From IMG/VR virus record IMGVR_UViG_3300027766_000001: DNA of 64,000 nt; one strand, written 5' to 3'. Source of the DNA: a virus (Duplodnaviria > Caudoviricetes). A program made the translations under genes and the position numbers. Under the pieces are notes generated by a model. It saw only the letters and a list, made by a program, of their open reading frames with translations, did not search any database and was not told the origin of the DNA. Positions 27,177 to 35,378 of the stretch are shown in pieces (the first letter of the stretch is position 1; each line of letters begins with the position of its first letter).

Positions 27177-28466
27177 ATGATCGTATCGGAATCACACATC
27201 GGCATTCTTGATGTACCAGTTAGCCACGTCATTTGCACCGTCAATACTGAAGGGCATATGGGTAGAGGCATCGCGCTGTACCTTAAGAAGTGTATTCCCG
27301 GTCTTTATGACGCATACCGTGAGCAGTGCAAACAAAAACAATTACTGGTCAACACGTTATGGGTTTATGATCACAACACGCCAAAAATTCTTTGTTTCCC
27401 AACGAAAGATAAAACGTGGGAAGATAGCAGGTTGGAATGGATTGAAACCAACCTGCACACGCTGCGGGATACCTACCGGGAACGGGGTATCACGAGCGTG
27501 GCTATGCCGCCATTAGGCTGCGGCAACGGTGGTCTTAAGTGGGAGGACGTGCGTCCTCTCATTTATGCCATTCTCGGGGATTGCGACTTGCAGGTGCATA
27601 TTTGCCTGGGTGTCAAATTACCCAAACCTGAAGAAGACAGTCATACCCACATCAACATCTGGACCAAAGGTCGCACCAGTCTCGGTCGTCGTTTGAGCAA
27701 TTTGTCAAAGCACGGGTTCCTGCATGAGGATCACGGTTGGTTTGAATGTCTCGAAGGTTACTGGTATTGGTTAGCAACCGGCTGCAAACATGAACAGTTC
27801 AAACAGATGAACGGGTTTGAAGCCAAGCAGATCGGGTCCAAGATGGAGCGGGTGGAAATGCCTGACTTCCAGGAACGCTTCAAAGAAGGTATGCGACTAC
27901 GCATCGAACAAAATGAGATCCTGCGCTCAGAGCTCTTGAATTCCTCGTTGCCGTTTGAACACTACTACGTCTATGGCAATGATGCAGTTCGTGACATGAA
28001 AGCGCGGCATCAATGGCAGCTGGACTTCTACGTGGAGTACCGGAATAAAATGCAAGAAGAATCTGAAAGCTCCAGGAAGAAACCCATGAAGATCTTGATT
28101 GCGGGTTCACGCACGTTGAAGAACTATAACCTGTTCAAACAGATTGCTGATGAATACATCGGTAACTTTGTCACCCCGTTTGATAAAGACTACGACATTG
28201 AGATCGTCACCGGTCTGGCGTTAGACGGTCCTGACAACATGGCAATCCGTTATGCACGTGAACGGGGTCATGGGTTGATTGGTCGTCCAGCGCTGTGGGA
28301 TAAGTACCAAAAGCCTGCGGGGATGATTCGCAATGGCGTTATGGGTAAAATGGTGGATGCGGCACTGGTCCTGTGGGACGGTGAGTCTCGTGGCACCAAA
28401 AACATGATCGACCTCCTTGTGAAAAATAATATAAGCCATTTCGTGTTTATATTCAGCAAGGACTAA
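27177..28466 (+). CDS. Macrodomain (DarG-like) - NADAR - SLOG triple fusion
   Basis: Macro: TVNTEGHMGRGIA, ILCFPTK, SVAMPPLGCGNGGLKWEDV. NADAR: LGRRLSNL, FECLEGYW, GFEAKQIG. SLOG: KILIAGSR, IVTGLALDGPD, AGMIRNGVM, WDGESRGTKNMI. Confidence 0.85.
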   Translation: MIVSESHIGILDVPVSHVICTVNTEGHMGRGIALYLKKCIPGLYDAYREQCKQKQLLVNTLWVYDHNTPKILCFPTKDKTWEDSRLEWIETNLHTLRDTYRERGITSVAMPPLGCGNGGLKWEDVRPLIYAILGDCDLQVHICLGVKLPKPEEDSHTHINIWTKGRTSLGRRLSNLSKHGFLHEDHGWFECLEGYWYWLATGCKHEQFKQMNGFEAKQIGSKMERVEMPDFQERFKEGMRLRIEQNEILRSELLNSSLPFEHYYVYGNDAVRDMKARHQWQLDFYVEYRNKMQEESESSRKKPMKILIAGSRTLKNYNLFKQIADEYIGNFVTPFDKDYDIEIVTGLALDGPDNMAIRYARERGHGLIGRPALWDKYQKPAGMIRNGVMGKMVDAALVLWDGESRGTKNMIDLLVKNNISHFVFIFSKD

Positions 28467-28469
28467 CCC

Positions 28470-29138
28470 ATGAACGCTGCACGTGCTGCTGTTGAGAAAT
28501 ACCTGATCGGGGCAATGGATCAGGTGATGCCAGGGAATAAAAACCCTGACATCTACCGCGACTACTTTGGTCGCTTAGATGACAATGCTTTTGATGCCAT
28601 GATGGACCGCATGGAAAAGGATGATGAATCCTTCCCGTTCTACCATCCTAACTTCACCGGCAAGAACATCGACCTGGAACACCTGATCGGGATGATCACC
28701 AAAGAAGGTGGTGCGTTCATGGAGAAGATCAACATGGTTGACTTCGAAACTGGACAGCGCTTCCTGACTCCGATTGAATATCCGATTCTGCGTCTGCCTC
28801 TGCGTATTCAGCAGCAGAAGCTGCAGAAGAAGATGTCGGTGCCCAAAGACAACAAGCACGTCGACGACTTAACCGGTCAGCCGACGACCGAGTCGAAAGG
28901 CTCCGCCATCTCCTATCCTGAGATCCAGATCCTGTATGCAATGGGCATGAACAAAACCATGCAGGAGCTGCTCAAGGTGCGTGGGGGTGACGAGCAGGCT
29001 TACCGTAACTATAACAACGAGATCATCGCCACCGGCGGTGTGAACGTCGGCGCCATTGCCAGTCAGAAGACCAAGGTGAAATCCACGAAGACCGTGGGTG
29101 CGATCCTGCACGCAATGATGCTGACCAACAACCTTTAA
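28470..29138 (+). CDS. rpoB: Virion RNA polymerase beta subunit, C-terminal fragment (phiKZ gp149-like)
   Basis: LTGQPTTESKGSAISYPEIQILYAMG...QELLKVRGGD parallels the RpoB GGQRFGEME..ALEAYGA..LQE.LTVKSDD region. Confidence 0.85.
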   Translation: MNAARAAVEKYLIGAMDQVMPGNKNPDIYRDYFGRLDDNAFDAMMDRMEKDDESFPFYHPNFTGKNIDLEHLIGMITKEGGAFMEKINMVDFETGQRFLTPIEYPILRLPLRIQQQKLQKKMSVPKDNKHVDDLTGQPTTESKGSAISYPEIQILYAMGMNKTMQELLKVRGGDEQAYRNYNNEIIATGGVNVGAIASQKTKVKSTKTVGAILHAMMLTNNL

Positions 29139-29148
29139 TAGGACGCGC

Positions 29149-29727
29149 ATGAGAAACAAGCTGGCCGCCTTTGCCAGTGCGCTCAGTCAGAAACCTAACG
29201 ACCCCCTGGTGCTGGAAATGGACGGTGCAGCCCAGGAAGTCGTTGAGGACTATTTCATGACGTGGTTACGCGCACGCATCAAGCACAATAAAGCACTCGA
29301 ACGCAAGATCTCCGATGATGAAATTTACAACGCGGTGATCAAATATGCGGTCGGGTTAAACTCATCTTTCTTTTATGCCCGCCTGTGGTCTAAACCGGGG
29401 ATTGAAGAACACATCTGGGGTCCGCTTGAAGCCCAACAGGATTTGTTGGATTTCGTCTATCGTGGTGCCAGTACGTTATACGCCCGGGTCTTTGGTCGCT
29501 CTTCGGATACGGCCAACCTTTCTGCTGATGCACTGGGTAAGCACCTGGCGGATTGTTTGACGCTGATGTCAAGCAGTGCCAGTCTGATACCGCCTGCAAT
29601 GCGGGAAGTCTTCCCGCGTTATCAGGACCTGGAAGCCCAGTTCAAAGATAACCCGTGGTTGTTCTTCATCTACTACCTGACCCGGATTGACATCATGGTC
29701 GCGATTGAAAAGGAACCAACTAAATGA
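29149..29727 (+). CDS. Conserved-type hypothetical protein
   Basis: 192 aa, SD AGGA, same operon as the vRNAP subunit. Confidence 0.75.
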   Translation: MRNKLAAFASALSQKPNDPLVLEMDGAAQEVVEDYFMTWLRARIKHNKALERKISDDEIYNAVIKYAVGLNSSFFYARLWSKPGIEEHIWGPLEAQQDLLDFVYRGASTLYARVFGRSSDTANLSADALGKHLADCLTLMSSSASLIPPAMREVFPRYQDLEAQFKDNPWLFFIYYLTRIDIMVAIEKEPTK

Positions 29728-30449
29728 GTGGTACCATTAAATGCCTGGTGCAACTCGACTGCCTGATGGATACTCGTCTGGGTACCTTGAAGCGGTTGAA
29801 TGCAGCTTCAGCGGAAATGATTGAAGACACGTACTACCACAAACGTACGGTCGACCGCTTTGACCTGAATGGGTCAAAAATCAATCAGGCGGCATATGAG
29901 GCGCTTTACAGCGCCCGCGATGAAGAGACGTTGAAAGTGTCTACCATGACACATCTGCCGATCTATCTGATGTCGCTGATCTCACGGCTGACCACGACCC
30001 AGGGCATGCCGTTGCTCTCTGAACAGTTTGCTATCCACGTCAACGTCTACCCGTATGTGTTGAGCGATGAAGTGTGCGACTCCATTCAGCAAGTGATCGA
30101 GACTTACACCAACAATGCGGCGGTGGTAGAAATTGTATCGTTTGCGCCAGAAGACCTGACCGTGTCGATGTTAAAGCACAGTTACGCGATTTGGTTTATG
30201 TACAGCTTTGATGAGTGGCTGATGAAGCACACAGAAGAGTTTAAGCAGACGACCATCCCAGAAGTGCGTATTGTTGCGCCACGTCTGTACTTAGCGGATG
30301 CGCCTACTCAGTTGGTTGAGAAGGTAAAAGCGGAGGAGTATGGGTGGGAGCAAATGGCGTTGATGTTTGCAGGGTTGGCGGGTGTGGTCTTCATGGATGT
30401 CAACATCTATTCCGTGATTACCGACACACCGCCTGACCTGGAAGTGTGA
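29724..30449 (+). CDS. Hypothetical protein, possible degenerate HAD fold
   Basis: N-terminal CLVQLDCLMDTR resembles HAD motif I with the first Asp replaced by Gln. Confidence 0.65.
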   Translation: MSGTIKCLVQLDCLMDTRLGTLKRLNAASAEMIEDTYYHKRTVDRFDLNGSKINQAAYEALYSARDEETLKVSTMTHLPIYLMSLISRLTTTQGMPLLSEQFAIHVNVYPYVLSDEVCDSIQQVIETYTNNAAVVEIVSFAPEDLTVSMLKHSYAIWFMYSFDEWLMKHTEEFKQTTIPEVRIVAPRLYLADAPTQLVEKVKAEEYGWEQMALMFAGLAGVVFMDVNIYSVITDTPPDLEV

Positions 30450-30890
30450 TTACTTCTTGGCCATGATGTCATCGTAGTCGATGTGCTCAACCCCGATGTG
30501 GGCCTCTTCTGAAGAGATTTGGTCCATAGGCAGGTTAGCCAACTGTGGCGCAGGTGCGGACATCTGATCAGACGGAGAGCCAGCGTCAGCCAGAGCCATG
30601 CCACCTTTCTCCATGATGAAGTTAATGGCGCCGGCAATCTGACGTTGGAAGTCACCTTCGTTTTCTTGTGCCTGTTTGTCAAGGTCAAGACGCGCTTGTT
30701 TGTGAATGGAGTTATCCACGTCACCCATCGCAACCAGTGCGACACGCAACATCTTTGGATCTTTGTCCACGATGCGCTCACCAGGGTTCTCCGCAGGGGC
30801 TTCCATCACGCCTTCAATGATGTCCATGCGGTAGCGTTGCATTTTCTGCATTAACACGTCGTTACTGTCGAGGGCAATGTTACCGCTCAT
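30450..30890 (-). CDS. Hypothetical protein
   Basis: 146 aa, SD GGAGG on the minus strand; converges on the + gene with no gap. Confidence 0.75.
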   Translation of the reverse strand: MSGNIALDSNDVLMQKMQRYRMDIIEGVMEAPAENPGERIVDKDPKMLRVALVAMGDVDNSIHKQARLDLDKQAQENEGDFQRQIAGAINFIMEKGGMALADAGSPSDQMSAPAPQLANLPMDQISSEEAHIGVEHIDYDDIMAKK

Positions 30891-30900
30891 ACTTCCTCCA

Positions 30901-30922
30901 AGAATTTTCAGGACTATATTAC
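30901..30922 (+). promoter_or_regulatory. Putative early promoter
   Basis: AGAATTTTCAGGACTATATTAC contains the exact phiKZ early consensus TATATTAC. Confidence 0.65.
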
Positions 30923-30956
30923 TAGTGTGTAAGTGGAACTGAATTAAGGACTACCC

Positions 30957-31481
30957 ATGCGGTTCTTAAAACGTCTGTTGTTGAATCGTCTGCTCTCAGG
31001 GCTAGAGAAAGCACGACGTGATAGTTATAAGCCCGATGATGGCTTACGCGTGCTGGGCGCATTACGCAAAGTCATCAACAGCGACAATCCCATAGAATAC
31101 TTTAGCGTGCGTTGCATGTTGGACGTGCGCTTTAGAGTACAGACTCACCGAGGCGTGGATTTGTTGACTACCGTTAGGGAAATCAACGAGAACCTCTCCT
31201 CTGAGTCTGGGTCGTTACCTGAGTCCCGAATCACCTATCGTTACCTGCAGGACGTACGGGTGATGTCACTCTACGATTGGTTAGTCGATGAAGACGGCAA
31301 CGTTCTCGATATCCCCGAGTTCTACGACGCATTCATCAACCAGCTTAATCTGTTGTGTGACTTGGTGTACCAGGTGGACGACATTGACCGTGAGTACATT
31401 CTGCGAAAACTAACACCGTTATACAGCGAGCTGTTAATAGTGTTTGCCGGCACGTTAGAATGTGGTTTACGTAGCGTTTAG
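30957..31481 (+). CDS. Hypothetical protein
   Basis: 174 aa, SD AAGGA. Confidence 0.75.
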   Translation: MRFLKRLLLNRLLSGLEKARRDSYKPDDGLRVLGALRKVINSDNPIEYFSVRCMLDVRFRVQTHRGVDLLTTVREINENLSSESGSLPESRITYRYLQDVRVMSLYDWLVDEDGNVLDIPEFYDAFINQLNLLCDLVYQVDDIDREYILRKLTPLYSELLIVFAGTLECGLRSV

Positions 31482-31495
31482 ATGGAGTATACCCG

Positions 31496-31954
31496 TTGGA
31501 TAATAAGAAACCGAAAGAGAAGATGGAAGAGCTGCTTACCGACCCCAGTAAGAAAAGCTTCTCCACTGCGCACCATCTCTTACGGATCTGGCGTGAGTTC
31601 TTGGCCGCTGAACAAGTGACCCCTTCAAAGTGGACGCGCTTGGTCGGAGAACACATCAGTAAATTGCGACAGATCAAATCGATGGATGCACAACAAATCG
31701 GAACGGCGCGTGGTAACTTGGTGAAGTCTTTCATTGAGAAGCCATCCATGTCGTTCCAGGCTCTGGTACGTGGAATGGAATTTTTGGGATATAAAGCCAT
31801 TCGTATTCAGATTACTGGCATTCGCCCGGACGGCACTGAGATCACAAATGCAGCAACGATCTCTTTGCAGAAACGACGCATGCTTGGTGAGTCGCCTGAG
31901 AAAGAGGGGTCGTCGACGTCGGACCCTTCTATTGACGACGCTGAAGAAGATTAA
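31496..31954 (+). CDS. Hypothetical protein, possible DNA-binding
   Basis: 152 aa, SD GGAG; PSMSFQALVRGMEFLG weakly resembles an HTH recognition segment. Confidence 0.7.
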   Translation: MDNKKPKEKMEELLTDPSKKSFSTAHHLLRIWREFLAAEQVTPSKWTRLVGEHISKLRQIKSMDAQQIGTARGNLVKSFIEKPSMSFQALVRGMEFLGYKAIRIQITGIRPDGTEITNAATISLQKRRMLGESPEKEGSSTSDPSIDDAEED

Positions 31955-31966
31955 AATGATATAGTT

Positions 31967-32002
31967 GGTGGGGCGACGGCCTCACCTCTATTCTTTTTTT
32001 TT
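31967..32002 (+). terminator. Rho-independent terminator
   Basis: GGTGGGGC-GACG-GCCTCACC then a long T-run. Confidence 0.7.
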
Positions 32003-32019
32003 GATTTGTTGGAGGCTCC

Positions 32020-33084
32020 ATGGCGGTTGATATCGGAAGCTCGATAGGCAGTGCGTTAAAGCAAGCCAGTTCATTAACGACCAACGCGGTCTCGAAGGCT
32101 ACCTCGATGTTCACCACCGGGTTGTCCGAAGACATCGCGCTGGTTGACTCAACAGCAAAGAGTGGCCTGGCTTCCCTGAACACCTTCAAAGACAATCAGG
32201 TCAACGCCCTGAATGGGTTTATTAAGAAGGTCTCAGGAGGCGCGCTTAGCATCAGTGAACTCTCCAGTTACATTGATGTGCGCAACGGTTTTAAAGTGGA
32301 CTACATGTCGCTGGGTAAACGTTTGGGTGAAGCAGCTGGCTTCCCTATTAACTCTATCCTGAACATGTCGACCCAAATTCAACAGGAAGCGATGAACCTG
32401 TTGGATGCGTACCAAAGCAAAAACTACATGGGTTTGCTGAACACCCTGGGAATCAACATTGCGACCGATGGCTCGTATGAGATCACCAGTATGCTTACTG
32501 ATGTCATTAACCGTTATGCGGATTCTGACAGTGAGTTCAGTACTGTGGTGGACCGCACAGCCCAGGTAGCGTTCTTAAACGTGATGCTGCAGTACACGGT
32601 GTCCTCCGGATTATGGGAAGGGATTGATACCCTACTCAACCAGTACACCAATAAACAGGATGGCTTAACCGCCTTGGGTAATTGCGCCAGCTATGCAATT
32701 GCCAACGGTGATATCTATACCCTGCAAGCAATTGTGGATCGTGTCGGTGCTACCCAGGTAAAAGCGTTGAACGCGAACGTGATTGTTGAGATGCTGCGTA
32801 ACTTCCGCTTTCGCACCGGCGTCACCACCAGTGACTATCCAAACTACCGCGGTCGTTTAGCGGGAGTATTAGATGGTCTTGAACCTGGCTGGGACAAAGT
32901 TAACTTCGGTGGTGTCGTGGCCAATCGGCTTGAGCCGTTTACAGCGTGTTCACCGGATGTCATTACACTGCTGCAGTACGAGCCTCGGTTTCGTGACCAG
33001 GTGTTAATGGCAAAGCTTTACCCCAGTCAGAACCTCATTGATCTGCTGCGGTCAAGCTACCCGAACTTAGCAGTCGTGCAATAA
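32020..33084 (+). CDS. Putative virion structural protein
   Basis: 354 aa, SD GGAGG, Ser/Ala-rich N-terminus, next to the tail genes. Confidence 0.7.
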   Translation: MAVDIGSSIGSALKQASSLTTNAVSKATSMFTTGLSEDIALVDSTAKSGLASLNTFKDNQVNALNGFIKKVSGGALSISELSSYIDVRNGFKVDYMSLGKRLGEAAGFPINSILNMSTQIQQEAMNLLDAYQSKNYMGLLNTLGINIATDGSYEITSMLTDVINRYADSDSEFSTVVDRTAQVAFLNVMLQYTVSSGLWEGIDTLLNQYTNKQDGLTALGNCASYAIANGDIYTLQAIVDRVGATQVKALNANVIVEMLRNFRFRTGVTTSDYPNYRGRLAGVLDGLEPGWDKVNFGGVVANRLEPFTACSPDVITLLQYEPRFRDQVLMAKLYPSQNLIDLLRSSYPNLAVVQ

Positions 33085-33087
33085 TCA

Positions 33088-33137
33088 GCATAACGAGCAG
33101 AGGCCAACGCCTCTGCTCTTATGCCGGTTTATTTTTT
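33088..33137. terminator. Bidirectional GCATAA-hairpin-TTATGC element
   Basis: GCATAAC-GAGCAGAGGC-CAAC-GCCTCTGCTC-TTATGC, convergent junction. Confidence 0.8.
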
Positions 33138-33314
33138 ATACACTGCTTTTACCATCTTATCACTGAACGCCAGGACATCGCTTAACCGATCACCCAGGGT
33201 CTTTGCAATACGACGTTGCTTGCTGAGCTCAAACCACAACCCACAGCACAACAAACCGAGTAGAGTCACCGTAAAGCTTAACCCTACAATTACTTCTTCG
33301 TAATACCCTTCCAC
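33129..33314 (-). CDS. 61-aa single-TM protein (holin/antiholin-like architecture possible)
   Basis: GGAGG SD 7 nt before GTG 33314; MEGYYEEVIVGLSFTVTLLGLLCCGLWFELSKQRRIAK...YKK. Confidence 0.55.
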   Translation of the reverse strand: MEGYYEEVIVGLSFTVTLLGLLCCGLWFELSKQRRIAKTLGDRLSDVLAFSDKMVKAVYKK

Positions 33315-33327
33315 TGCATGCCTCCGA

Positions 33328-35328
33328 TTATGAACGTCCTGTTCCCTGTACGAACATCTTAATGGCTTCACCGGCCAAAGAGTTTGAGAACGTGGCCGCC
33401 ATCTGTGTCGGTGACACCCACTGCTTCACATCAAGCTTGGTACGTGCTAACACGCGCGCCAGTTTGTCTGACGTATAGATCTGTTCGTTCACCCCCATAG
33501 CGGAGAGCACGTTCAGGTAGTCAGAGTAGTTGGTGTCATCGGTCAACAGTTTGTTCATGGCAGCTGCCGGGTTAGTCAGGTCACCTGGGTTCAGCGCCGG
33601 CTCGATGGGGATGTGCATCAACGGCGACAGATCTACTACGGAGAACGTCACATCGATACCCAGCGGATGTTTGTCACGTGTCCAGCCCACATTACCCACA
33701 CCACGCTGAATACTCATCGAGTCCACCATCCCTAAACGGGTCTGTGAACGCCCTTTGGAGAAGGCTTCGATAAGGAACGGTGAAGTATAGGCCTGAGAGC
33801 CCGCAGAATGCGGCAGGGCCATGTTTAGCAAACAAACCAGGGGAATGATCAGGTTTTGGATACGTGCCACTGGATGGCCGTACGGAGAGCGTAGATTGAT
33901 GGTGTACGTTTCACGCGGAAGCGATACCGTCGATCCTGCCCAGTGCTGTGGAATGTCCACAAACCCCTGACCCAGCACGATGTTGGCAATACCACCTAAC
34001 CCGGTCCCTGAGATTGCTCCTGCGACCACATCCTGCGCACCCCTGATCAAAGCATCGATACCGGGGATACCGGTTGCCCCGCCTGACATGGTAAAGCGCG
34101 CATCGTTAGTCTGTGCCGAGAAGCCGTTGAAGAACCCTGCCAGGTCGTTGTCTTTAAACGAACTGGAGAAAGACTCACCCACAGCACCATTGTGGTTAAC
34201 CTTGAAACCAATGAACGCACCCCCGTCACGAAGTTCCGAGGCCAGGTGGGATTCAATGGATTCCATGAACGTCATGGGTTTCTCGGTGTTACTTACCGAT
34301 ACCGTCTGGCCGTTCTGCTGCACCGCGTTATTCACACCGGTGTCACCATCGGAGTCAGGGGTGTAGTTACCCGCCCGCTCGACGCCGTTGTTGTGATCGC
34401 CGTCACTGCCCAATCCTGAATTGAAGTAGGAGTTCAAATACGTCTTCAGGTTAGACTGTGAGGAATCCCCGGCTTTATCGGTCCAGTTATTGCCGTGCTG
34501 GTAAATGGCTCGAATCGCGGTCTCACGGTTCGTGGTGCTGGTTAAGCGTGACTCCAGGGCTTTCTCCCAACGAATCTGTTTACGCGTGGCACGGTTCGCC
34601 AGATAGAACAGATCCACAGTGCCGTCTGCTTTCCACAATCCCGGTAACAGGTTCGCAATCTGCTGACGTTCGTTCTGTGTGTACATCGAGAAATCAAAGC
34701 CTGAGACTTTACCCACATCAGCCAACTGACCATGACGGGTACGGAACACACGCGGCACAATTCCCATGTTAATGAGAATCTGGTTCAGCATGTGTGTACA
34801 CGCTTTCCAGTAAAGCGGCATAACCGGTTTAGAATAGTAGAACTTGGATTTCGGAATACCGGCTAACCAACGTACGGTATTGTACGTGACCGAGATCGCC
34901 TGGATTGGCCAGTGCACAATAGACGAGGCCAATTCTGCAATCTTAAACAACCAACCCGGTGAACGACCCGTACGCGCCAGGTAGGCCGAGTTGGAGTCGA
35001 ACATGTTGGAGAGGAACGTGAACATGCCGTTGAACTCTGGCACACCCATACGAAAATAAACGACGTCTGCGTTATCATCGATCGACACAGAGTAGTCAGA
35101 ACCCATGCCCGAGAATTGGTCGGTCCAGAAACGTGAGGAACGAATGTCACACGTTGGTGACCACTGCGGCGGTGGGTTGATCCAGAAGTTACCCCCTGGG
35201 GTAGTATCAGTAAACTTGTTACGTGCTGCTTGGAAACGACGACGGTCTTTTAGTCCATCATCGATTGCCACACCCGAAAGCATGAACGCCTGCTGGATGT
35301 AGTCATGGTCCCGGATACTGACAGTCAT
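33328..35328 (-). CDS. Tail/baseplate structural protein (phiKZ gp182-like)
   Basis: 666 aa directly downstream of the giant tail protein; contains a RLGMVDSMSIQRG baseplate-type strand pattern. Confidence 0.7.
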   Translation of the reverse strand: MTVSIRDHDYIQQAFMLSGVAIDDGLKDRRRFQAARNKFTDTTPGGNFWINPPPQWSPTCDIRSSRFWTDQFSGMGSDYSVSIDDNADVVYFRMGVPEFNGMFTFLSNMFDSNSAYLARTGRSPGWLFKIAELASSIVHWPIQAISVTYNTVRWLAGIPKSKFYYSKPVMPLYWKACTHMLNQILINMGIVPRVFRTRHGQLADVGKVSGFDFSMYTQNERQQIANLLPGLWKADGTVDLFYLANRATRKQIRWEKALESRLTSTTNRETAIRAIYQHGNNWTDKAGDSSQSNLKTYLNSYFNSGLGSDGDHNNGVERAGNYTPDSDGDTGVNNAVQQNGQTVSVSNTEKPMTFMESIESHLASELRDGGAFIGFKVNHNGAVGESFSSSFKDNDLAGFFNGFSAQTNDARFTMSGGATGIPGIDALIRGAQDVVAGAISGTGLGGIANIVLGQGFVDIPQHWAGSTVSLPRETYTINLRSPYGHPVARIQNLIIPLVCLLNMALPHSAGSQAYTSPFLIEAFSKGRSQTRLGMVDSMSIQRGVGNVGWTRDKHPLGIDVTFSVVDLSPLMHIPIEPALNPGDLTNPAAAMNKLLTDDTNYSDYLNVLSAMGVNEQIYTSDKLARVLARTKLDVKQWVSPTQMAATFSNSLAGEAIKMFVQGTGRS

Positions 35329-35378
35329 GATGTGCTCCGAAGAAAGAAGGCTACCGGATACCCGGTAGCCATTCTGGT

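Noticed and set aside
31345-31800. 151-aa minus-strand ORF
   Set aside because: Overlaps two + strand genes with good SDs; no independent support.
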